DNA of 64,000 nucleotides. It comes from Octopus vulgaris (taxonomy: Eukaryota). The stretch spans positions 83,266,001 to 83,330,000 of the forward strand of contig OX597822.1 of NCBI GenBank assembly GCA_951406725.2. Reading direction: 5' to 3'. Below the pieces are notes generated by a model that was given only the letters and a program-made list of their open reading frames with translations, was not told where the DNA came from and ran no database searches. Made by a program: the position numbers and the translations under genes. Within the stretch, counting starts at the first letter, position 1, and each line of letters starts with the position of its first letter. Shown in pieces: positions 42,911 to 55,409 of the stretch.

Positions 42911-43217
42911 ACACGTTCACTTATATACGAGCACGCATACATGCAAAGAGCGCACACGTACGCACACACTGAAACGTAGCTACATGTACTTTTGTAACAC
43001 ACGCAACCAGGAGATCAAGGACTAACAGTCAAAACAAGCAAAAATTATAAAAGATGAAAAACGGTACACATACAAATATTCGCATATATATGTGTTTGTG
43101 CGTGTGTGTGTGTGTGCTTGTGTGTGTATTATATATGTATATAAAGAAAGAGAAAGAGAGAAACATGTACTTGCATAGCAAGTGACCTGATCTGAGATCG
43201 TGTGCTGGAACGAAAAC

Positions 43218-43448
43218 AATTGCAGCATGGAATGTGTTTATAAGCCATTTAAACACACACAAAAAACCCGTTAGATTCACTTCGACATTTAATTTTAATT
43301 TAATTCAACATTTAATTCGTCGTTTTGAGACCGCGACACAATTCAAAGCGACGCAAATATTTTGGCAAATTAAATTTAAATGTTGAAGTGAATCTAACGG
43401 TTTTTGTGCGTTTTTAAATGGCTTATAATCACATTCCACGCTGCAATT
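43218..43448. repeat. Inverted repeat, ~80-bp arms
   Basis: AATTGCAGCATGGAATGTG..CCGTTAGATTCACTTCGACATTTAA is mirrored at 43367-43448. Confidence 0.9.
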
Positions 43449-43479
43449 ATATACATACACACATACATACATACATACA

Positions 43480-43581
<102 letters not shown>

Positions 43582-43880
43582 ACAAACCACAAATTCCCTT
43601 TGAATGAACACCACATGGAATCTACGTCTCCACACTTTCCAATTGTAATGACAAAATCTGAACTCCGATCGGAATTTACATACCACGGACAAGAAGCATT
43701 TCTACCATTTGTACACACCAATTTCCTTGCATAATGGAACTGCAACTATAACATCTTACATATATTTTTATTTTTAGTTTTATTCTCATATTTCCATTTG
43801 TACTTTTTATTTCCATCCTTTTCCAAAATAATTGCTTATATTCAACTCTACTATTTCCCTCTATGTAACCATCTCGCATC

Positions 43881-43928
43881 GTCTCTGATGAAGCGATATC
43901 CCTAATATCTCAGAAACAGCTGTAAGAC
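43881..43928 (+). ncRNA. Minimal type I hammerhead ribozyme motif (Penelope-like element type), partly degenerate
   Basis: GTCT-CTGATGA-A-GCGATAT-CCCTA-ATATCTC-A-GAAA-CAGCTG-TA-AGAC: both core boxes, stem I GTCT/AGAC, palindromic stem III ACAGCTGT, GUA triplet; two mismatches in stem II. Confidence 0.65.
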
Positions 43929-44102
43929 TAACGTTCTCCTTATAAATGTCCTGAAAATTCCACACAAAATTGGCTTTGTTCTCTCATTTTATTTAACACA
44001 CACACACACACACATGATAAAAATGCTCAACATCCACATTGCAACGATGATACGCACACATACATACACGCTTATATACATCTTTGAAACAAGCAAAACA
44101 AT

Positions 44103-44149
<47 letters not shown>

Positions 44150-44798
44150 TTTTATTCCTTTATTGTTTTACTTGTTTCAGTCACTTGGTTACGGCCATGC
44201 TGGAGCACCGCCTTAAAGGGTTTTGGTCGAAGAAATGGATCCCATGACTTATTCTTTGTAAGCCTAGTACTCATTATACAGGTCTCTATTTTGCCGAACC
44301 GCTAGATTACGAGAACATAAACACACCAGCATCGGTCGTCAAACGATGGCGGGGGGGGGGGTTAACAAACACAGCCATACACACACATATATACAATGGG
44401 CTTGTTTCAGTCTACCAAATCCACTCACAAAGCATTGGTTGGCCCGAGGGTATAATAGAAAATACCTGTCCAAGGCGCCACGCAGCTACACCCGCGCCTA
44501 ATATATATATATATATATATATATATTTAGTGTTTCCAAATCCAAATTAAGAAATGTTGAGCCGACGAAAGAAATGCTGATTTTATTTGGCTAATCTTGA
44601 AACGTTGACGTACTCAAACGATCTATGTACTTGTGATATTTTTCTGTATTTACCTCCAAACCTTCGTGAGCTGTCTGGAGTAAACATTATCTGAGAGAAA
44701 TTTTCTTTAAGTAGTAGAAATGGCTAAAAAAAATTTTTTTTGGCTGCTATTTCTACTAAGTTCCAGTATGTGGCAAAGTAATTTATTTTACTAAGCCC

Positions 44799-44849
<51 letters not shown>

Positions 44850-45299
44850 GCATGCATATATATAATCACACACTTATGAAATATAGAATCACGCCCGCAG
44901 ATATATTTGTTTGCAACAGACTGGAAGAATGAATATGAGTAGTTGAATAATATATATATATATTGCTTGTAATAATAGAAGTGTATCAATTGTATATTAT
45001 GGTTTTTTTTTATTTCTTTATTTCAACTGGCCTATATTCAAAATAGAAAATGAAGTAGAAATGATAAATTTCCATTAGAGTTGAGATTTTCGCGTCAGAT
45101 TTAATGGTGCATAGTTATTCCTACTTTAATCTGTCTTAGAATAAATGTGGAGTGAGATTACTCCCGCAAGAAACCAATGATACTAGCGGGTTGGTATAGT
45201 GCTAGTAAATGGTATATATGTACGCATGCACGCGCACACACACACACACACATACACATATATTGTCATACATGAAGGTATATAATATGATTATATAAT

Positions 45300-45888
<589 letters not shown>

Positions 45889-46704
45889 AAAATGATTTTG
45901 TGTACGCTTAATTTACAATATGCTTTCTGTCCCGCGTGAGGCACACAGATAAACTCTTGATAAGATACTGGAAACGGACGAAGAGAATACTCAATCAATT
46001 TCAGTATTCCCCGGCAAGAACACCAGATTTACAAGGAAAAAAATACATTCCATGGAATGTATCTTAAGTGTTACTAGATTTTAATTGTGGTATTCAGACC
46101 ACAACTTAAATATATTACGATGTTAGTGGAATTATACTGAAATATATTTGGATAATGCAGCTTGTATACACATTTCTCTTTAAGGCAACTCCATATAACT
46201 TTTAAGAACAAATGTCTCGTAATGTTGCCAGAAATACATGAAGAACTAACATTTATAATTTATTTGATCAACTTAATTACATTTCAAGGAATTTCTCCAA
46301 TATTTGAAGTTATTTGTCTTCTCTTGAAATCCACTTTTAACATTTTCTTTGTCTTCATTTAATAGGACAAAAAAGTAAAATAAATTGAAATAATATGAAA
46401 TAAAATGAAATAAAATAAAAGGAAATTTGGATATATTTTTCTGTCAGTCATTTATGTTGTTATGAAATACTTGAAACCAATTTGGTTTCTGTAAAGTACC
46501 GAAGAAATTCCTTAAAACTGCATTCTTTTAAAAGCACGTTTTCTTTTCAACGCCTCTTAGTTATAATTAACAAGTAAACTTTGGAAGTAATACTTATTTG
46601 TCACAGCTTATTTAATTAACACTTTATAACATAATTATCGAATTAATAACATTCAGTAAATACATCGGTTGTTGTTAGTGTAGAGTTGTGTAGGAATGAC
46701 TTAC

Positions 46705-46885
46705 CTCGCTATTAAGGAAGCAGTATATCAATGAAATACCAAAACCCTGAAAGGAAATGAGGAAATATGATATGTAGGCCCAGGTCCCAAAGAGGGCTAC
46801 GTTCTCTTGAGACGGTTCAATCATCACAACAAAGTTGGTAATCCCAAGTAGCGGAAGAAGCACTATAGCTGCTTTTACAGCTTTT
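46705..46885 (-). CDS. PDFR: Class B1 GPCR (PDF receptor-like) exon: TM6-ECL3-TM7 (KAVKAAIVLLPLLGITNFVVMIEPSQENVALFGTWAYISYFLISFQGFGISLIYCFLNSE)
   Basis: Acceptor ttttccattccag, donor GAG|gtaagt. 181 nt; the first base completes the Arg codon split by the phase-2 intron. Carries the TM6 LLPLLG and TM7 FQG..YCFLN.E motifs. KAVxAAIVLLPLLGITN is characteristic of PDF receptors. Confidence 0.95.
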
Positions 46886-47910
46886 CTGGAATGGAAAATA
46901 AGAATGGCATCACTTGAATCAACGTATTGGATCTTTATTAAACAAGTACAATTTTCAATTTTTATATTTATCTTGCAGAATCGTTAGCATGCCGGCTTCT
47001 TTACGTTCTGAATTCAAATTTCGCAAAGGCCGACTTTTCGTCATTTCGCGGTCTATCGGTCAATAAAAGGATTATCAGTTGAGTTCTGGGGTCGATTTAA
47101 TCGACTAACCCTACCACCACAATATTTCAGATCCTGTGAATATAGTAGAAAGAGATATTTATTCTTCATTTTAATAATTAGGATTTCGTTCAATAGAATA
47201 TTTTTAAACGAGATATTCCACGGCCGTATGATGAGGGTGTTCTGTATTCTATGATCAGGTACAGCCATATCATCTTTTACTCTTGCTTTAAACACCTAGG
47301 ACTACATTATCAAAAGCAGTTGTAGCTGGGTAGAAGATTCCACTACAAATTACCGAAGTAACGGGATTGCTTTCTTGGTAACAGGATGTCTGTATAATGG
47401 GCTAAATCTGACAGAGAATTCAGTATTCGACCAGCAAATATCAGATTGCGACTTAGTATATTTTGATGGTATGTGGTTTGGACACACTGTTTTGCATACA
47501 ACAACTCAACTATATTTTTTTGTCCCATCTGGGTTACGAAACCAATAATATAGAGCCCTGGTAGCATGAATATTGAAGTCAGTTATAAGAGAATCAAAGC
47601 AAAATAATATATGAATACGTAAGAAGACACTGCATAGTTTATTAACTCGATAGCTGTTTCTGGAAGCTCAGAGCTACGTAATAATCGTAATGTTCATAAT
47701 TAGCAGACAGGATGAACAATAATCCATGGATATGCAACCACTAAATGATTGCATAGAAATATTACCATAACACCGGTTTCCTTCATCATAAGAAAGAATT
47801 GAAAATAGCAGTTCACATAGTCGTGCAAAGGATTTAAAAGACCTTTCTTCATGAAAAAATAAAATATTTATACGTTCATATTATTATATTCAAAGATGTT
47901 TCTTACTTAC

Positions 47911-47996
47911 CTTAGTGTTTCTGCTTCATTAGTGTGGCTTTCACGAAGTTTGGTGATTAATATTCTCATTATATTGAACAAAAATGTGAGATTTAT
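47911..47996 (-). CDS. PDFR: Class B1 GPCR (PDF receptor-like) exon: end of TM5 and ICL3 (INLTFLFNIMRILITKLRESHTNEAETLR)
   Basis: Acceptor catttcttaaatttatag, donor AG|gtaagt. 86 nt, phase 0 to phase 2. Contains the NxxFLxNIxRIL(I/V)TKLR signature of secretin-family receptors. Confidence 0.92.
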
Positions 47997-49220
47997 CTAT
48001 AAATTTAAGAAATGTCGGGAAAAAAAATGTGTAAATATTAGGATCGAAATCTCTTTGAAACAGTATTTCTTCATGCAAAGAACTATAAGCTTATAGAAAT
48101 GTACAAAATCATATTCGAGATATAGGTGTTTATGATATCACAAACTGCTATCTAGATAGTACAATAAAAGTAAGGCGTTGCTTAGACATAATCTTTTCAT
48201 AGACCAACGCTAAGGAAATACGTGATGGTTCCAGACTCTTCGGATCTTTACGAAATTGTCGTAGATAACAGAACCAGACAGTGTGTTTACGTGTCAGTGG
48301 TAGGTAGGAAGAACAGACGACAAACACGTATCTTTATCGTGTTATTTAGATTTTAAGATGTTACTTTGAGCTGAGAGTTTGTGCTATCGACGACAAATGA
48401 TAGAAGGAAATATTGAAAAGGTGCCACGCACCAGGAATGAACCCAGAACCATGTGGTTGGTAAGCTTCTTACAACACAGCCACTCCTGTGCCTACATACA
48501 TACATACATACATACATACATACATACATACATGTATGCATACATACATACATACATACATATATACATACATACATACATACATACATACATACATACA
48601 TACATACATACATACATACATGTATGTATAGAGTGTTAGGTGTTGTGTACAGATATTGAATATTGAGAAAAAAGGCCGCCAGAAGTTTGGAAGAGAAACT
48701 TTTTATTTATTCATTATTAATAGCGCTTTCCTTCGTTTCTTGAACTTGTCAAATAGAATTTTATGAATGTACAAACAGCTTATTCATTTATATAAAACAA
48801 ATGTTTGTTTTTTGGTGATGGTGATGGTGGTGGTGGTGGTGATTGGGTTGTTTAGAAGAGGAGAACATTGTTTTTGCTTATGTTTTTATGGCACAGGTTC
48901 CATGACAATGGAGATAAGTGGTTGGAAAGATATGTAGGTAGGTAGGTTGATAGATAGACAGAGAGACAGATAGATGGATAGATAGGTAGAGAGGGAGAGA
49001 GGGAGAGAGAGGAGGGAAAGGGGAATCCCCTTCATATTCATCATTCATTTATTCACTTAGTTATTTACCATTGTATTGAAATGGGTTTGATGATGGTGAC
49101 CCCTCCAAATAAAATAACAGGTGTGGTGTGGTCACCACTGAAAGTCTTTTGCTTTGATCTTTTCTTTTTCCCTTCTTCCTTTCTTTCTTTTTCCTTTTGT
49201 TCCTCTTTACCTTCTTCTGG

Positions 49221-49306
<86 letters not shown>

Positions 49307-49308
<2 letters not shown>

Positions 49309-49490
49309 ATAAAATAGATTTTACAGCTGTTTAGCCAGGTGAATTAAGGTAATATGTAGCTATAAATGAGATACTTATATATAAGTATCTCAGTTATAAC
49401 CACATATTTCCTTAATTCACCTGGCTAATATGAGCATAAGGAGATACTCTTATCTACATGGCTGAAACAGCTGTAAGATCTATTTTATAT
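49307..49490. repeat. Nested palindrome with a loop-less centre
   Basis: Perfect 24-bp palindrome GAGATACTTATATATAAGTATCTC (49368-49391) extends imperfectly to 49331-49428; outer arms 49307-49332 and 49465-49490. Confidence 0.9.
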
Positions 49491-49854
49491 TTATATTTAT
49501 TTATATTTATTTATACATATTGTACTTATGGTATTATATTACTCATTGATGTGTACTGTTTTATTCTGTATTACTATGTTTGATTTGGATGTTCCTATAT
49601 AATTAGTTAATAAATTATATGAATTGGTATTATCTAGTAGTTGATGATTGATTAAAATATATTCCTCCATTTTCTTATTTTGTATTGTGAATTTGAGGGA
49701 AAACATTTTAACTTCGCCCATATAATACAATAAATGAATTAATTGCATTGCAATTCTTAGCATTTATGTATTAGCATTTCTGGGTGCTTTACTGGCAGTA
49801 TATTGGATATATGTTATCCCATAGAGGGTTACACTCATAAACCCTATCTCACTT

Positions 49855-49889
<35 letters not shown>

Positions 49890-49891
<2 letters not shown>

Positions 49892-50280
49892 CTTATATAA
49901 GCGAACTTAGTGCCCTACTCAATGTGGACACCAAAGAAATCGAAAATATTTAGAAATATCAGGATGTAGCCATGGAGCTGAGCAGACTCGTAGACCAGCA
50001 TAACAAGTATTACTGTGATAATTGGCGAATTTGGCACAGCACCTGAAATGCTATGTAAAAGGACTAAAAGAGCATGGAATTGAAACTGGAATTGTCAATC
50101 TGCAGAAAAATGCCATCCTACATTTTGCAAGAATCCCAAGGAAGATTATTGAGATTTGAGGAGATTTTTTGTCACTAAACTTCAAGATAAAAATAAATGC
50201 TAAGTAAATTAGCATGTAGTAGCGTAAAAGCAGCAGCAACAACAACAACAACAACAACAACAGCAACAACAATAATAGTA
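49890..50280 (+). mobile_element. Highly decayed R4/Dong-clade 3' fragment
   Basis: KYQDVAMELSRL and VNLQKNAILHFARIPRKIIEI*, followed by a (CAA)n/(TAA) run. Confidence 0.6.
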
Positions 50281-50470
50281 ATGGCTTCTTTTATTTTCCT
50301 TTCATGAATCTTTCCTCGGCCCTTTGCTTCGGAACCCATCGTAGTTCCTCGTCTTTATTGAGGTAAACGCTTCCCACCCTGCCCTTATTCTCTTCGAAAT
50401 GTCAGCATCCGTATCTCGGCCTATATTCACTGTGTGTTTTAGCTGTGTTCATGTTAAAAAGTTTGCGTTA

Positions 50471-50529
<59 letters not shown>

Positions 50530-51615
50530 CTGATTTCCCTCCCCAGGCTTTCATTGCCCTGTAATCCACGTTTGTTCCTCCTCTTCTGCTTTCCTTCACA
50601 CTCTGCATGTTCTACTTTTTTTCTAATTCCCATTCTTTCTTAATTGATCATGTTCACCTTCTCCACCTCACTCTTCCCCTCAATCGTTCCTCATTTATAT
50701 CTACTCCTGTTTCTCTCGCTATATGTTGCTCTCTCTCTCTCTCTCTCTTTCCTTCTGTCTCTTTCCTACTTCTCTTCACCTTTCCACACTTAATAGTCCT
50801 CATACAAATTTCCTAGTGTTTTTCAAATCCTTTGATATCAAATGTTATTTTATTCAAAACAATTATTTGCCACAACACAATCTTTGTTCATATTTCTCTC
50901 CATTGTCATTGAATTCCTTGAGTCCTCTCCTTCCTTCTCAATTATTTGTTCATGCACTTCAGACCCTCTTCACTTCACTTCTATCATTCCTTATCATCTT
51001 TCATTTACCACATACGCTGTCTCCCCTCCTCTCGCCATTGATAACTGACAATCTCCTTTATATCCCTTTCTCGTTTCACTTATGGTATTGTTTTCCTCAG
51101 TAACAGCTAATTCTTAAAAACAGTTTCCATTGCTATGTATTTCTCTCTGTCTCTCTCTCTCTTTCTCCTTTCTTCCTCCTCTTTCTCTCTCTCAACATTC
51201 TTCCGCTGGAAACTTTTCCAGCTTCTTCGGACGCTAGACATATAAAGTTATTAAGACAACACCTGTCCCCAAACAGTCTTTGTTTACATGTCTTTATGTT
51301 CTGACAATCGATTTCTTTATTTTACATTTCTTGAAATTATGTTTACAATTTATCTTTAACTTATGCCTTCCGGTCAGCATCAGCTATAAAAATATCATTC
51401 GACAACATCAACCTTTGTATTGCTTCTTGCTTCTTATTTTTTTCCTATTTCATTTTCAGAATATTTTTTATCCTTGCTATAAGAAGAAAGGCGCTTTTAA
51501 TAACGTATTTCCTTCCTTGACGCTACAAAAAGAAACAAAAGCAAAAACCGCTTCGCCTTCGACATCTTCATCTACAAAGGGTAAGTATGCTCTGAGAGTA
51601 GCAGAAAAAAATTGA

Positions 51616-52130
51616 GAGTGTCAACAGAGACGAAACTAATGCTGCTTGAAATGCTGCTTGTAGAAAAATTGGGTCTCATAGAAAAAGTGATACTTGCTGT
51701 AAATAGAATGTTACTAGTCAATCAGACCATTAAAAAATAGAGTCACCTGATGAACGACTCGTTCGCCCGCAACAAAACGCTGCCTGACAGGCTGCACAAA
51801 GACATCATGAATTCGAGCTCAGCTCAGAGCAGACCAGACAGAAAGCTCAAAAGGTAAGACGAACAGGCACTATGAACAGGCCACACATGCAAGAGCTTTG
51901 GAAAAGGGATGTCTTCGACTATGATCCTGTTCATGACTCTGATAATTCTTAAAGAATGGTTTCAAATGGTATCATGGTAACATGTCCAAACTTTATGACA
52001 AATGCTTGGCCAAAAAATAGAAAAAAAGGATAAATGCAATGTAGTGTGGAAATGAAGTAGCTTCTCTACGAGTTTCTGCAGCTCCATTGCAGACCCTGGA
52101 GTGTTTATTGATATCACTACTTGGGAATCC
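51616..52130 (+). mobile_element. Helitron Rep/Helicase N-terminal relic
   Basis: DVFDYDPVHDS..HGNMSKLYDKCLAKK*KKRINAM*CGNEVASLRVSAAPLQTLECLL resembles the Helitron pattern FxYDP..IGxMxxxCxxCxAxKWxxE..MCCxxGxVxL..PPxxLxxLL; multiple stops. Confidence 0.6.
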
Positions 52131-52454
52131 TTTTGTTTTTTTTTTTAAAACATTAAAAAATATATATTTATTTTCTAAATGACTTCCTTTGCAGAGAACA
52201 TCATCAGAAAAGAAGAATTCTTGTGAACTTTTGATTATAAGGACAAATCTACCCAAAAAGTGGTCTATTTCTACATCTTTCCAATAGAAATCACTGCTTC
52301 CTGCTGCTATACTTTGTTTACGACAGGCCCATAATAGAAGCACTCTACAGGGGTCTTAAACTTCAAGATATGGTTCATCTAAAGAACAACTATGTCAGTA
52401 GTTTCAAGTATGCCTTAGAGTTTGCACCCTCTTTCAAATGTCAAATCATTATTC

Positions 52455-52851
52455 GTTTCTACTCTAGGCACAAGGCCCAAAATTTTTGGGAAGTGGCCCA
52501 GTCGATTAGATCGACCCCAGTACGCAGCTGGTACTTAATTTATCGACCCCGAAAGGATGAAAGGCAAAGTCGACCTCGGCGGAATTTAAACCCAGAACGT
52601 AAAGACAGACGAAATATCTATTTCTTTACTACCCACAAGGAGCTAAACACAGAGAGGACAAACAAGGACAGACAAACGGATTAAGTCGATTACATCGACC
52701 CCAGTGCGTAACTGGTACTTAATTTATTGACCCCCGAAAGGATGAAAGGCAAAGTCGACCTCGGCGGAATTTGAACTCAGAACGTAACGGCAGACGAAAT
52801 ACCGCTAAGCATTTCGCCCTGTGTGCTAACGTTTCTGCCAGCTCGCCGCCT
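52455..52851 (-). mobile_element. SINE family A, dimeric form
   Basis: Co-linear with 13915-14312 over its whole length. Confidence 0.85.
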
Positions 52852-53276
52852 TTCTGCTAGAAATACAAGTGACAATGTGAAGAACATGTACATGATTCCA
52901 ATACAACTGGATCCAATGTAGCTGGTGTCATCATGAATAGAGTGCCTCATTACAAAATCGATAATCAAACGGTTTTCACTTTCACTCAAATATGCGTTTG
53001 TATTAAGTACTTCTCAATTTGTTAAATGCCATTTACAGAATGAAATGACGAGATATACCACTCATATTAAGCCTGTATCAATTGCAAAGTGCATCCAACC
53101 CTAAACCTTCTCTAAACATAATGGAAAATAATTTAATTTCTGATGTGAAATTAAAGTTGTCGAGACAAATTATGAAAGGATTATTAAACCAATTAAACCA
53201 GACATACTTTCATTAAAATTGACTCATGGGTATACTAGCTAAATTTTTCTTTTGCAAATCTTGTATATAGTTGGTA

Positions 53277-53381
<105 letters not shown>

Positions 53382-54145
53382 GTATATGTATATATGTATA
53401 TATATATATGCTTGCATAAACAAATTATCATATATGTGTGCTTAACCAAAGAAGTATGTCCGTCTGCACGTTCGTCGGCATGAATGTATGTAAGAATCAA
53501 ACACGCAAAGAAATGATAGATTGTTGATGAAAAAAATCAAACCTTTCGCGTTTTTCTCCTTTAATTTGCTACGTAATATTTGAATATTCATTATTCCCTT
53601 TATTGTCGAAATAACCGAAGAAAAGTCTGCCGTATATAAACGAAATTATATTGTGCTATTCGTCGTTAAGCAAAGCTTAAAGAATACAGAATGCATTGGA
53701 AAAGATTAAGCTACACAGCTTACCGATTGTATAAATTAATTTTTGCTAACGGTTATTTAAAACTACATTAACTACTAAGAAGATTACATCAAGTTAAAAA
53801 CATTAGACATCCCTCATGAAAGCTTTACATTCGACTCTTGTTTTAATCATTGTTAGAACAATTGTCGCTTCGGATTAAAATATACGGAAAAGACAAATAT
53901 GTGTTCTGTTGTGTTTGGGGAGAGTCATTTTCTTTTTGTGCCTTATAATGTAACACACTCACCGGTAAAATTTCCACTTATTTCTTAGTCTTATTTTTAT
54001 GTTTATTTTTACGAAACAAATATGTATGGAACATCGAAGGGGTTTTAGGAGTTTTGTATTTGAGGAGGTAGAACATTTTCCCCTGAAATTTAGGTACAAT
54101 TAATTATTTCATATTAGAAGCCAAAGGTTCAAACGCGCGGACTCT

Positions 54146-54533
54146 CTTTACTCTTTTACTTGTTTCAGTCATTTGACTGTAGCCATGCTGGAGCACCGCC
54201 TTTAGTCGAGCAAATCGACCCTTGGACTTATTTTTTGTAAGCCCAGTACTTATTCTATCGATCTCTTGTGCCGAACCGCTAAGTGACGGGGACATAAACA
54301 CACCAGCATTGGTTGTCAAGCGATGTTAGGGGGAACAAACACAGACACACACATATATATATATACACACATATACGACAGGCTTCTTTCAGTTTCCGTC
54401 TACCAAATCCACTCACAAGGCTTTTGTCGGCCCGAGGCTATAGTAGAAAACACTTGCCCAAGGTGCCACGCAGTGGGACTGAACCCGGAACCATGTGGTT
54501 GGTAAGCAAGCTACTTACCACACAGCCACTCCT
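54146..54533 (-). mobile_element. tRNA-derived SINE family B with CORE-like segment (octopus OR2-like)
   Basis: Head GGAGTGGCTGTGTGGTAAG..GGTTCAGTCCC, then TGGCACCTTGGGCAAGTG resembling the CORE-SINE segment. Related copies near 24250-24398, 26335-26620, 35967-36290, 44165-44500, 48415-48490 and 56740-57126. Confidence 0.8.
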
Positions 54534-54628
54534 GCTGAGTATTATGAATTAACTTTAGAGGCTATAAAGTCACTGCAATCACGTTTATTCATGCACACTA
54601 CGACTCTAATTCTACACACACGCACACG

Positions 54629-54677
<49 letters not shown>

Positions 54678-55345
54678 ACACACACAGAGATTACTGTTCC
54701 GTTAAGATAAAAAAGTACTCCATCCCGTGAGAGATAAAAATAATTTAATGTAACGTAATTCAAAAATAATCGTGAAATCTTGTTTTAATTGTTTCATTAA
54801 CAATTTAATTCTAAAATCTCGGCTTTTCTTCGATTTTCTTTTCTTTGACATAGTTTTGAAATGCAGATACTCAGAATCTGCAATTTGCTTCTGTTTATAA
54901 ATTCAAAATAGTTTTCAAATGAAAAGGTGTGTGATTTAAGGAAGATTTAGGGGTTGTTTCTAGTACATCCCATGACTGCCTGGTACCTTCCTCGTTTCTT
55001 TGTTACTCTTATGTGTGTTGATGTTTTTCAATATTTTTCTCTCCATAAGTACTTTTCAAAAGAATGACGATGAAGTGGTGCTTGCTGTGATTTAAGCGAC
55101 AACAACAATTTTTAAAACGCCACCCCCACATCAAGTAAAGGCCGTGTTAGGTGAGTGTAAGAAAAGCATATTTACTAACAGAAGAGTATGTTATTAGAAT
55201 ATATTATCTATTACATGCCTTTTTTAAATCACTTTGTCGCCCTAATGAAATTCCTTTCCTGCATGCATACACACTTAGCGTGAGCGATGTACTTTTATAG
55301 TGATTAGGAAAATTTACCATGAGAAGATGAAAGAGACAGGCAAAT

Positions 55346-55409
<64 letters not shown>

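Noticed and set aside
45917-45967. 51-nt phase 0-0 candidate exon [17 protein letters not shown]
   Set aside because: The donor (ATT|gtaaat) is weak and the peptide does not resemble class B1 helix 8.
46143-46157. 15-nt perfect complement (TATATTTGGATAATG) to the TM5 exon at 61597-61611, a possible editing-complementary sequence
   Set aside because: It is short, AT-rich, 15 kb away and does not extend; a match of this size is plausible by chance in an AT-rich 64-kb window.
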